Shown piece after piece: positions 1-11,700 of a DNA stretch of 64,000 bases. Below the pieces are notes generated by a model that did not search any database, was not told where the DNA came from, and saw only the letters and a program-made list of their open reading frames with translations. The DNA lies in assembly GCF_009914755.1 (NCBI RefSeq), contig NC_060941.1; one strand, given 5' to 3'. The translations under genes and the position numbers were made by a program. The stretch comes from the human T2T-CHM13v2.0 reference genome, Homo sapiens. Each line of letters starts with the position of its first letter. Within the stretch, counting starts at the first letter, position 1.

Positions 1-206
1 TTGTAGAATCTACAAGTGGATATTTGGACCTCTCTGAGGATTTCGTTGGAAACGCGATAACTGCACCTAACTAAACGGAAGCATTCTCAGAAACTTCTTG
101 GTGATGTTTGCATTCAAATCCCAGAGTTGAACCTTCCTGTGATAGTTCAGGTTTGAAACACTCTTTTTGTAGGATCTGCAAGTGGATATTTGGACCACTC
201 TCTGGC

Positions 207-223
207 CTTCGTTCGAAACGGGT
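207..223 (+). other. CENP-B box, m1 variant CTTCGTTCGAAACGGGT (recurs in each HOR)
   Basis: Matches the core nTTCGnnnnAnnCGGGn of the 17-bp CENP-B box. Confidence 0.85.
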
Positions 224-377
224 ACATCTTCACATAAAATCTAGACAGAAGCCTTCTCAGAAACTTCTCTGTGATGATTGCATTCAACTCACAGATTTGA
301 ACCCTCCTATGGATAGAGCATTGTTGAAACTCTCTTTTTGTGGAATCTGCAAGTGGATATGTGGACCTCTCCGAAGA

Positions 378-394
378 TGTCTTTGGAAACGGGA
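378..394 (+). other. Degenerate CENP-B box, m2 (TGTCTTTGGAAACGGGA)
   Basis: Box position of a B-type monomer, but the TTCG core is lost; predicted non-binding. Confidence 0.8.
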
Positions 395-719
395 ATATCT
401 TCACATAAAAACTAAACAGAAGCATTCTCAGAAACTTCTCTGTGATGTTTGTGTTCAACTCCCAGAGTTTCACATTGCTTTTCATAGAGTAGTTCTGAAA
501 CATGCTTTTCGTAGTGTCTGCAAGTGGACATTTGGAGCGCTTTCAGGCCTGTGGTGGAAAACGAATTATGGTCCCATAAAAACTGGAGAGAAGCATTGTC
601 AGAAACTTCTTTGTGATGATTGCATTCAACTCACAGAGATGAAGGTTCCTTTACAAACAGCAGTTTCCAAACACTCTTTCTGTGGAATCTGCAAGTGGAT
701 ATTTGGACCTCTTTGAAGA

Positions 720-736
720 TTTCGTTGGAAACGGGA
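720..736 (+). other. CENP-B box, m4 (TTTCGTTGGAAACGGGA)
   Basis: Exact match to YTTCGTTGGAARCGGGA. Confidence 0.95.
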
Positions 737-1061
737 GAATCTTCACAGAAAAGCTAAACAGAAGCATTCTCAGAAACTTCTTTGTGATGCTTGCATTCAA
801 CTCACAGAGTTGAACTTTCCTTTCGAGAGAGAAGCTTTGAAACACTCTTTTTCCAGAATCTGCAAGTGGACATTTGGAGGGCTTTGAGGCCTGTGGTGGA
901 AAAGGAATTAACTTCCCGTAAAAGCTAGATAGAAGCATTCTCAGAAACTACTTTGTGATGATTGCATTCAAGTCACAGAGTTGAACATTCCCTTTGACAG
1001 AGCAGTTTGGAAACTCTCTTTCTGTAGAATCTGCAAGTGGAGATATGGACCGCTTTGAGGC

Positions 1062-1078
1062 CTATGGTAGTAAAGGAA
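1062..1078 (+). other. A-type (pJalpha-like) box, m6 CTATGGTAGTAAAGGAA; A-type monomers are m3, m5, m6, m10, m14, m15
   Basis: Occupies the CENP-B box position and resembles the A-type monomer motif CTAYGGTGRAAAAGGAA. Confidence 0.7.
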
Positions 1079-1232
1079 ATAGCTTCATATAAAAGCTAGA
1101 CAGTAGCATTCACAGAAAACTCTTGGTGACGACTGAGTTTAACTCACAGAGCTGAACATTCCTTTGGATGGAGCAGTTTCGAAACACACTATTTGTAGAA
1201 TGTGCAAGTGGATATTTGGGCCTCTCTGAGGA

Positions 1233-1249
1233 TTTCGTTGGAAACGGGA
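1233..1249 (+). other. CENP-B box, m7
   Basis: TTTCGTTGGAAACGGGA, exact consensus. Confidence 0.95.
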
Positions 1250-1399
1250 TAAACCGCACAGAACTAAACAGAAGCATTCTCAGAACCTTCTTCGTGATGT
1301 TTGCATTCAACTCACAGTGTTGAACCTTTCTTTGATAGTTCAGGTTTGAAACGGTCTTTCTGTAGAAACTGCAAGTAGATATTTGGACCTCTCTGAGGA

Positions 1400-1416
1400 T
1401 TTCGTTGGAAACGGGA
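1400..1416 (+). other. CENP-B box, m8
   Basis: TTTCGTTGGAAACGGGA, exact consensus. Confidence 0.95.
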
Positions 1417-1567
1417 TAAACCGCACAGAACTAAAACAGAAGCATTCTCAGAACCCTCTTCGTGATGTTTGCATTCAACTCACAGTGCTGAACCTTTCTT
1501 TGATAGTTCAGCTTTGAAACACTCTTCTTGTAGAAACTGCAAGTGGATATTTGGTCCTCTCTGAGGA

Positions 1568-1584
1568 TTTCGTTGGAAACGGGA
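1568..1584 (+). other. CENP-B box, m9
   Basis: TTTCGTTGGAAACGGGA, exact consensus. Confidence 0.95.
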
Positions 1585-1903
1585 TAAACCGCACAGAACT
1601 AAACAGAAGCATTCTCAGAACCTTCTTCGTGATGTCTGCATTCAACTCACAGTGTGGAACCTTTCTTTGATAGTTCAGGTTTGAAACACTCTTTTTGTAG
1701 AAACTGCAAGGGGATAATTGCACTTCTTTGAGGCCTACCGTAGTAAAGGAAATAACTTCCTATAGAAAGAAGACAGAAGCTTTCTCAGAAAATCCTTTGG
1801 GATGATTGAGTGGAACTCACAGAGCTGAACATTCCTTGCGATGTAGCAGTTTAGAAACACACTTTCTGCAGAATCTGCAAGTGCATATTTGGACCTCTCT
1901 GAG

Positions 1904-1922
1904 GAATTCGTTGGAAACGGGA
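1904..1922 (+). other. EcoRI site overlapping the m11 CENP-B box (GAATTCGTTGGAAACGGGA)
   Basis: GAATTC at 1904-1909; box ATTCGTTGGAAACGGGA at 1906-1922 has an intact core. This site defines the classical 2.7-kb unit. Confidence 0.92.
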
Positions 1923-2071
1923 TAATTTCAGCTGACTAAACAGAAGCAGTCTCAGAATCTTCTTTGTGATGTTTGCATTCAAATCCCAGAGTTGAACTTT
2001 CCTTTCAAAGTTCACGTTTGAAGCACTCTTTTTGCAGGATCTACAAGTGGATATTTGGACCACTCTGTGTC

Positions 2072-2088
2072 CTTCGTTCGAAACGGGT
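2072..2088 (+). other. CENP-B box, m12 variant CTTCGTTCGAAACGGGT
   Basis: Core TTCG...A..CGGG intact. Confidence 0.85.
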
Positions 2089-2242
2089 ATATCTTCACAT
2101 GACATCTAGACAGAAGCATTCTCAGAAGCTTCTCTGTGATGACTGCATTCAACTCACGGAGTTGAACACTCCTTTTGAGAGCGCAGTTTTGAAACTCTCT
2201 TTCTGTGGCATCTGCAAGGGGACATGTAGACCTCTTTGAAGA

Positions 2243-2259
2243 TTTCGTTGGAAACGGAA
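2243..2259 (+). other. Degenerate CENP-B box, m13 (TTTCGTTGGAAACGGAA)
   Basis: CGGG core changed to CGGA. Confidence 0.8.
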
Positions 2260-2755
2260 TCATCTTCACATAAAAACTATACAGATGCATTCTCAGGAAC
2301 TTTTTGGTGATGTTTGTATTCAACTCCCAGAGTTGAACTTTCCTTTGGAAAGAGCAGCTATGAAACACTCTTTTTCTAGAATCTGCAAGTGGACGTTTGG
2401 AGGGCTTTGTGGTTTGTGGTGGAAAAGGAAATATCTTCACCTAAATACTAGATAGAAGCATTCTCAGAAACTGCTTTGTGATGATTGCATTCACCTCACA
2501 GAGTTGAACATTCCTATTGATAGAGCAGTTTGGAAACACTCTTGTTGTGGAATGTGCAAGTGGAGATTTGGAGCGCTTTGAGGCCTATGGTAGTAAAGGG
2601 AATAGCTTCATAGAAAAACTAGACAGAAGCATTCTCAGAAAATACTTTGTGATGATTGAGTTTAACTCACAGAGCTGAACATTCCTTTGGATGGAGCAGG
2701 TTTGAGACACACTTTTTGTAGAATCTACAAGTGGATATTTGGACCTCTCTGAGGA

Positions 2756-2772
2756 TTTCGTTGGAAACGCGA
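2756..2772 (+). other. Degenerate CENP-B box, m16 (TTTCGTTGGAAACGCGA)
   Basis: CGGG core changed to CGCG; same allele at 41-57 and in most units. Confidence 0.8.
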
Positions 2773-5700
2773 TAACTGCACCTAACTAAACGGAAGCATT
2801 CTCAGAAACTTCTTGGTGATGTTTGCATTCAAATCCCAGAGTTGAACCTTCCTGTGATAGTTCAGGTTTGAAACACTCTTTTTGTAGGATCTGCAAGTGG
2901 ATATTTGGACCACTCTGTGGCCTTCGTTCGAAACGGGTACATCTTCACATAAAATCTAGACAGAAGCCTTCTCAGAAACTTCTCTGTGATGATTGCATTC
3001 AACTCACAGATTTGAACCCTCCTATGGATAGAGCATTGTTGAAACTCTCTTTTTGTGGAATCTGCAAGTGGATATGTGGACCTCTCCGAAGATGTCTTTG
3101 GAAACGGGAATATCTTCACATAAAAACTAAACAGAAGCATTCTCAGAAACTTCTCTGTGATGTTTGTGTTCAACTCCCAGAGTTTCACATTGCTTTTCAT
3201 AGAGTAGTTCTGAAACATGCTTTTCGTAGTGTCTGCAAGTGGACATTTGGAGCGCTTTCAGGCCTGTGGTGGAAAACGAATTATGGTCCCATAAAAACTG
3301 GAGAGAAGCATTGTCAGAAACTTCTTTGTGATGATTGCATTCAACTCACAGAGATGAAGGTTCCTTTACAAACAGCAGTTTCCAAACACTCTTTCTGTGG
3401 AATCTGCAAGTGGATATTTGGACCTCTTTGAAGATTTCGTTGGAAACGGGAGAATCTTCACAGAAAAGCTAAACAGAAGCATTCTCAGAAACTTCTTTGT
3501 GATGCTTGCACTCAACTCACAGAGTTGAACTTTCCTTTCGAGAGAGAAGCTTTGAAACACTCTTTTTCCAGAATCTGCAAGTGGACATTTGGAGGGCTTT
3601 GAGGCCTGTGGTGGAAAAGGAATTAACTTCCCGTAAAAGCTAGATAGAAGCATTCTCAGAAACTACTTTGTGATGATTGCATTCAAGTCACAGAGTTGAA
3701 CATTCCCTTTGACAGAGCAGTTTGGAAACTCTCTTTCTGTAGAATCTGCAAGTGGAGATATGGACCGCTTTGAGGCCTATGGTAGTAAAGGAAATAGCTT
3801 CATATAAAAGCTAGACAGTAGCATTCACAGAAAACTCTTGGTGACGACTGAGTTTAACTCACAGAGCTGAACATTCCTTTGGATGGAGCAGTTTCGAAAC
3901 ACACTATTTGTAGAATGTGCAAGTGGATATTTGGGCCTCTCTGAGGATTTCGTTGGAAACGGGATAAACCGCACAGAACTAAACAGAAGCATTCTCAGAA
4001 CCTTCTTCGTGATGTTTGCATTCAACTCACAGTGTTGAACCTTTCTTTGATAGTTCAGGTTTGAAACGGTCTTTCTGTAGAAACTGCAAGTAGATCTTTG
4101 GACCTCTCTGAGGATTTCGTTGGAAACGGGATAAACCGCACAGAACTAAAACAGAAGCATTCTCAGAACCCTCTTCGTGATGTTTGCATTCAACTCACAG
4201 TGCTGAACCTTTCTTTGATAGTTCAGCTTTGAAACACTCTTCTTGTAGAAACTGCAAGTGGATATTTGGTCCTCTCTGAGGATTTCGTTGGAAACGGGAT
4301 AAACCGCACAGAACTAAACAGAAGCATTCTCAGAACCTTCTTCGTGATGTCTGCATTCAACTCACAGTGTGGAACCTTTCTTTGATAGTTCAGGTTTGAA
4401 ACACTCTTTTTGTAGAAACTGCAAGGGGATAATTGCACTTCTTTGAGGCCTACCGTAGTAAAGGAAATAACTTCCTATAGAAAGAAGACAGAAGCTTTCT
4501 CAGAAAATTCTTTGGGATGATTGAGTGGAACTCACAGAGCTGAACATTCCTTGCGATGTAGCAGTTTAGAAACACACTTTCTGCAGAATCTGCAAGTGCA
4601 TATTTGGACCTCTCCGAGGAATTCGTTGGAAACGGGATAATTTCAGCTGACTAAACAGAAGCAGTCTCAGAATCTTCTTTGTGATGTTTGCATTCAAATC
4701 CCAGAGTTGAACTTTCCTTTCAAAGTTCACGTTTGAAACACTCTTTTTGCAGGATCTACAAGTGGATATTTGGACCACTCTGTGTCCTTCGTTTGAAACG
4801 GGTATATCTTCACATGGCATCTAGACAGAAGCATTCTCAGAAGCTTCTCTGTGATGACTGCATTCAACTCACGGAGTTGAACACTCCTTTTGAGAGCGCA
4901 GTTTTGAAACTCTCTTTCTGTGGCATCTGCAAGGGGACATGTAGACCTCTTTGAAGATTTCGTTGGAAACGGAATCATCTTCACATAAAAACTATACAGA
5001 TGCATTCTCAGGAACTTTTTGGTGATGTTTGTATTCAACTCCCAGAGTTGAACTTTCCTTTGGAAAGAGCAGCTATGAAACACTCTTTTTCTAGAATCTG
5101 CAAGTGGACGTTTGGAGGGCTTTGTGGTTTGTGGTGGAAAAGGAAATATCTTCACCTAAATACTAGATAGAAGCATTCTCAGAAACTGCTTTGTGATGAT
5201 TGCATTCACCTCACAGAGTTGAACATTCCTATTGATAGAGCAGTTTGGAAACACTCTTGTTGTGGAATGTGCAAGTGGAGATTTGGAGCGCTTTGAGGCC
5301 TATGGTAGTAAAGGGAATAGCTTCATAGAAAAACTAGACAGAAGCATTCTCAGAAAATACTTTGTGATGATTGAGTTTAACTCACAGAGCTGAACATTCC
5401 TTTGGATGGAGCAGGTTTGAGACACACTTTTTGTAGAATCTACAAGTGGATATTTGGACCTCTCTGAGGATTTCGTTGGAAACGCGATAACTGCACCTAA
5501 CTAAACGGAAGCATTCTCAGAAACTTCTTGGTGATGTTTGCATTCAAATCCCAGAGTTGAACCTTCCTGTGATAGTTCAGGTTTGAAACACTCTTTTTGT
5601 AGGATCTGCAAGTGGATATTTGGACCACTCTGTGGCCTTCGTTCGAAACGGGTACATCTTCACATAAAATCTAGACAGAAGCCTTCTCAGAAACTTCTCT

Positions 5701-8700
5701 GTGATGATTGCATTCAACTCACAGATTTGAACCCTCCTATGGATAGAGCATTGTTGAAACTCTCTTTTTGTGGAATCTGCAAGTGGATATGTGGAGCTCT
5801 CCGAAGATGTCTTTGGAAACGGGAATATCTTCACATAAAAACTAAACAGAAGCATTCTCAGAAACTTCTCTGTGATGTTTGTGTTCAACTCCCAGAGTTT
5901 CACATTGCTTTTCATAGAGTAGTTCTGAAACATGCTTTTCGTAGTGTCTGCAAGTGGACATTTGGAGCGCTTTCAGGCCTGTGGTGGAAAACGAATTATG
6001 GTCCCATAAAAACTGGAGAGAAGCATTGTCAGAAACTTCTTTGTGATGATTGCATTCAACTCACAGAGATGAAGGTTCCTTTACAAACAGCAGTTTCCAA
6101 ACACTCTTTCTGTGGAATCTGCAAGTGGATATTTGGACCTCTTTGAAGATTTCGTTGGAAACGGGAGAATCTTCACAGAAAAGCTAAACAGAAGCATTCT
6201 CAGAAACTTCTTTGTGATGCTTGCATTCAACTCACAGAGTTGAACTTTCCTTTCGAGAGAGAAGCTTTGAAACACTCTTTTTCCAGAATCTGCAAGTGGA
6301 CATTTGGAGGGCTTTGAGGCCTGTGGTGGAAAAGGAATTAACTTCCCGTAAAAGCTAGATAGAAGCATTCTCAGAAACTACTTTGTGATGATTCCATTCA
6401 AGTCACAGAGTTGAACATTCCCTTTGACAGAGCAGTTTGGAAACTCTCTTTGTGTAGAATCTGCAAGTGGAGATATGGACCGCTTTGAGGCCTATGGTAG
6501 TAAAGGAAATAGCTTCATATAAAAGCTAGACAGTAGCATTCACAGAAAACTCTTGGTGACGACTGAGTTTAACTCACAGAGCTGAACATTCCTTTGGATG
6601 GAGCAGTTTCGAAACACACTATTTGTAGAATGTGCAAGTGGATATTTGGGCCTCTCTGAGGATTTCGTTGGAAACGGGATAAACCGCACAGAACTAAACA
6701 GAAGCATTCTCAGAACCTTCTTCGTGATGTTTGCATTCAACTCACAGTGTTGAACCTTTCTTTGATAGTTCAGGTTTGAAACGGTCTTTCTGTAGAAACT
6801 GCAAGTAGATATTTGGACCTCTCTGAGGATTTCGTTGGAAACGGGATAAACCGCACAGAACTAAAACAGAAGCATTCTCAGAACCCTCTTCGTGATGTTT
6901 GCATTCAACTCACAGTGCTGAACCTTTCTTTGATAGTTCAGCTTTGAAACACTCTTCTTGTAGAAACTGCAAGTGGATATTTGGTCCTCTCTGAGGATTT
7001 CGTTGGAAACGGGATAAACCGCACAGAACTAAACAGAAGCATTCTCAGAACCTTCTTCGTGATGTCTGCATTCAACTCACAGTGTGGAACCTTTCTTTGA
7101 TAGTTCAGGTTTGAAACACTCTTTTTGTAGAAACTGCAAGGGGATAATGGCACTTCTTTGAGGCCTACCGTAGTAAAGGAAATAACTTCCTATAGAAAGA
7201 AGACAGAAGCTTTCTCAGAAAATTCTTTGGGATGATTGAGTGGAACTCACAGAGCTGAACATTCCTTGCAATGTAGCAGTTTAGAATCACACTTTCTGCA
7301 GAATCTGCAAGTGCATATTTGGACCTCTCTGAGGAATTCGTTGGAAACGGGATAATTTCAGCTGACTAAACAGAAGCAGTCTCAGAATCTTCTTTGTGAT
7401 GTTTGCATTCAAATCCCAGAGTTGAACTTTCCTTTCAAAGTTCACGTTTGAAACACTCTTTTTGCAGGATCTACAAGTGGATATTTGGACCACTCTGTGT
7501 CCTTCGTTCGAAACGGGTATATCTTCACATGACATCTAGACAGAAGCATTCTCAGAAGCTTCTCTGTGATGACTGCATTCAACTCACGGAGTTGAACACT
7601 CCTTTTGAGAGCGCAGTTTTGAAACTCTCTTTCTGTGGCATCTGCAAGGGGACATGTTGACCTCTTTGAAGATTTCGTTGGAAACGGAATCATCTTCACA
7701 TAAAAACTATACAGATGCATTCTCAGGAACTTTTTGGTGATGTTTGTATTCAACTCCCAGAGTTGAACTTTCCTTTGGAAAGAGCAGCTATGAAACACTC
7801 TTTTTCTAGAATCTGCAAGTGGACGTTTGGAGGGCTTTGTGGTTTGTGGTGGAAAAGGAAATATCTTCACCTAAATACTAGATAGAAGCATTCTCAGAAA
7901 CTGCTTTGTGATGATTGCATTCACCTCACAGAGTTGAACATTCCTATTGATAGAGCAGTTTGGAAACACTCTTGTTGTGGAATGTGCAAGTGGAGATTTG
8001 GAGCGCTTTGAGGCCTATGGTAGTAAAGGGAATAGCTTCATAGAAAAACTAGACAGAAGCATTCTCAGAAAATACTTTGTGATGATTGAGTTTAACTCAC
8101 AGAGCTGAACATTCCTTTGGATGGAGCAGGTTTGAGACACACTTTTTGTAGAATCTACAAGTGGATATTTGGACCTCTCTGAGGATTTCGTTGGAAACGC
8201 GATAACTGCACCTAACTAAACGGAAGCATTCTCAGAAACTTCTTGGTGATGTTTGCATTCAAATCCCAGAGTTGAACCTTCCTGTGATAGTTCAGGTTTG
8301 AAACACTCTTTTTGTAGGATCTGCAAGTGGATATTTGGACCACTCTGTGGCCTTCGTTCGAAACGGGTACATCTTCACATAAAATCTAGACAGAAGCCTT
8401 CTCAGAAACTTCTCTGTGATGATTGCATTCAACTCACAGATTTGAACCCTCCTATGGATAGAGCATTGTTGAAACTCTCTTTTTGTGGAATCTGCAAGTG
8501 GATATGTGGACCTCTCCGAAGATGTCTTTGGAAACGGGAATATCTTCACATAAAAACTAAACAGAAGCATTCTCAGAAACTTCTCTGTGATGTTTGTGTT
8601 CAACTCCCAGAGTTTCACATTGCTTTTCATAGAGTAGTTCTGAAACATGCTTTTCGTAGTGTCTGCAAGTGGACATTTGGAGCGCTTTCAGGCCTGTGGT

Positions 8701-11700
8701 GGAAAACGAATTATGGTCCCATAAAAACTGGAGAGAAGCATTGTCAGAAACTTCTTTGTGATGATTGCATTCAACTCACAGAGATGAAGGTTCCTTTACA
8801 AACAGCAGTTTCCAAACACTCTTTCTGTGGAATCTGCAAGTGGATATTTGGACCTCTTTGAAGATTTCGTTGGAAACGGGAGAATCTTCACAGAAAAGCT
8901 AAACAGAAGCATTCTCAGAAACTTCTTTGTGATGCTTGCACTCAACTCACAGAGTTGAACTTTCCTTTCGAGAGAGAAGCTTTGAAACACTCTTTTTCCA
9001 GAATCTGCAAGTGGACATTTGGAGGGCTTTGAGGCCTGTGGTGGAAAAGGAATTAACTTCCCGTAAAAGCTAGATAGAAGCATTCTCAGAAACTACTTTG
9101 TGATGATTGCATTCAAGTCACAGAGTTGAACATTCCCTTTGACAGAGCAGTTTGGAAACTCTCTTTCTGTAGAATCTGCAAGTGGAGATATGGACCGCTT
9201 TGAGGCCTATGGTAGTAAAGGAAATAGCTTCATATAAAAGCTAGACAGTAGCATTCACAGAAAACTCTTGGTGACGACTGAGTTTAACTCACAGAGCTGA
9301 ACATTCCTTTGGATGGAGCAGTTTCGAAACACACTATTTGTAGAATGTGCAAGTGGATATTTGGGCCTCTCTGAGGATTTCGTTGGAAACGGGATAAACC
9401 GCACAGAACTAAACAGAAGCATTCTCAGAACCTTCTTCGTGATGTTTGCATTCAACTCACAGTGTTGAACCTTTCTTTGATAGTTCAGGTTTGAAACGGT
9501 CTTTCTGTAGAAACTGCAAGTAGATCTTTGGACCTCTCTGAGGATTTCGTTGGAAACGGGATAAACCGCACAGAACTAAAACAGAAGCATTCTCAGAACC
9601 CTCTTCGTGATGTTTGCATTCAACTCACAGTGCTGAACCTTTCTTTGATAGTTCAGCTTTGAAACACTCTTCTTGTAGAAACTGCAAGTGGATATTTGGT
9701 CCTCTCTGAGGATTTCGTTGGAAACGGGATAAACCGCACAGAACTAAACAGAAGCATTCTCAGAACCTTCTTCGTGATGTCTGCATTCAACTCACAGTGT
9801 GGAACCTTTCTTTGATAGTTCAGGTTTGAAACACTCTTTTTGTAGAAACTGCAAGGGGATAATTGCACTTCTTTGAGGCCTACCGTAGTAAAGGAAATAA
9901 CTTCCTATAGAAAGAAGACAGAAGCTTTCTCAGAAAATTCTTTGGGATGATTGAGTGGAACTCACAGAGCTGAACATTCCTTGCGATGTAGCAGTTTAGA
10001 AACACACTTTCTGCAGAATCTGCAAGTGCATATTTGGACCTCTCCGAGGAATTCGTTGGAAACGGGATAATTTCAGCTGACTAAACAGAAGCAGTCTCAG
10101 AATCTTCTTTGTGATGTTTGCATTCAAATCCCAGAGTTGAACTTTCCTTTCAAAGTTCACGTTTGAAACACTCTTTTTGCAGGATCTACAAGTGGATATT
10201 TGGACCACTCTGTGTCCTTCGTTTGAAACGGGTATATCTTCACATGGCATCTAGACAGAAGCATTCTCAGAAGCTTCTCTGTGATGACTGCATTCAACTC
10301 ACGGAGTTGAACACTCCTTTTGAGAGCGCAGTTTTGAAACTCTCTTTCTGTGGCATCTGCAAGGGGACATGTAGACCTCTTTGAAGATTTCGTTGGAAAC
10401 GGAATCATCTTCACATAAAAACTATACAGATGCATTCTCAGGAACTTTTTGGTGATGTTTGTATTCAACTCCCAGAGTTGAACTTTCCTTTGGAAAGAGC
10501 AGCTATGAAACACTCTTTTTCTAGAATCTGCAAGTGGACGTTTGGAGGGCTTTGTGGTTTGTGGTGGAAAAGGAAATATCTTCACCTAAATACTAGATAG
10601 AAGCATTCTCAGAAACTGCTTTGTGATGATTGCATTCACCTCACAGAGTTGAACATTCCTATTGATAGAGCAGTTTGGAAACACTCTTGTTGTGGAATGT
10701 GCAAGTGGAGATTTGGAGCGCTTTGAGGCCTATGGTAGTAAAGGGAATAGCTTCATAGAAAAACTAGACAGAAGCATTCTCAGAAAATACTTTGTGATGA
10801 TTGAGTTTAACTCACAGAGCTGAACATTCCTTTGGATGGAGCAGGTTTGAGACACACTTTTTGTAGAATCTACAAGTGGATATTTGGACCTCTCTGAGGA
10901 TTTCGTTGGAAACGCGATAACTGCACCTAACTAAACGGAAGCATTCTCAGAAACTTCTTGGTGATGTTTGCATTCAAATCCCAGAGTTGAACCTTCCTGT
11001 GATAGTTCAGGTTTGAAACACTCTTTTTGTAGGATCTGCAAGTGGATATTTGGACCACTCTGTGGCCTTCGTTCGAAACGGGTACATCTTCACATAAAAT
11101 CTAGACAGAAGCCTTCTCAGAAACTTCTCTGTGATGATTGCATTCAACTCACAGATTTGAACCCTCCTATGGATAGAGCATTGTTGAAACTCTCTTTTTG
11201 TGGAATCTGCAAGTGGATATGTGGAGCTCTCCGAAGATGTCTTTGGAAACGGGAATATCTTCACATAAAAACTAAACAGAAGCATTCTCAGAAACTTCTC
11301 TGTGATGTTTGTGTTCAACTCCCAGAGTTTCACATTGCTTTTCATAGAGTAGTTCTGAAACATGCTTTTCGTAGTGTCTGCAAGTGGACATTTGGAGCAC
11401 TTTCAGGCCTGTGGTGGAAAACGAATTATGGTCCCATAAAAACTGGAGAGAAGCATTGTCAGAAACTTCTTTGTGATGATTGCATTCAACTCACAGAGAT
11501 GAAGGTTCCTTTACAAACAGCAGTTTCCAAACACTCTTTCTGTGGAATCTGCAAGTGGATATTTGGACCTCTTTGAAGATTTCGTTGGAAACGGGAGAAT
11601 CTTCACAGAAAAGCTAAACAGAAGCATTCTCAGAAACTTCTTTGTGATGCTTGCATTCAACTCACAGAGTTGAACTTTCCTTTCGAGAGAGAAGCTTTGA

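Larger units (their letters stand above)
1107..1609 (+). repeat. Internal triplet of short (167-168 bp) W1-like monomers m7-m9 with near-identical 3' ends
   Basis: CCTCTCTGAGGATTTCGTTGGAAACGGGATAAACCGCACAGAACTAAA(A)CAGAAGCATTCTCAGAACC occurs three times per full unit. Confidence 0.92.

Noticed and set aside
108-716. 202-aa Cys/His/Lys-rich ORF repeated in almost every HOR (superficially zinc-finger-like, FCGICKW repeats)
   Set aside because: It is the translation of consecutive alpha satellite monomers (171 bp = 57 codons keeps the frame open). It begins at TTG, has no C2H2 spacing or recognisable domain, and recurs only because the DNA repeats.
1221-1625. Conserved roughly 46-bp direct repeats with intervening sequence, resembling a CRISPR array
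   Set aside because: The intervening segments are about 120 bp, homologous to each other and repeated in every unit; there are no unique spacers and no cas genes.
1176-2133. Short perfect palindromes (GTTTCGAAAC 1176-1185, TTCTGCAGAA 1864-1873, AGAAGCTTCT 2124-2133)
   Set aside because: Only 10 bp, no evidence of enrichment over chance, and small dyads in alpha satellite are already well known.
4787-4803. m12 box variant CTTCGTTTGAAACGGGT (HOR2, HOR4, HOR22) as a CENP-B box loss
   Set aside because: The changed CpG lies in the non-core nnnn positions; TTCG, A and CGGG remain intact.
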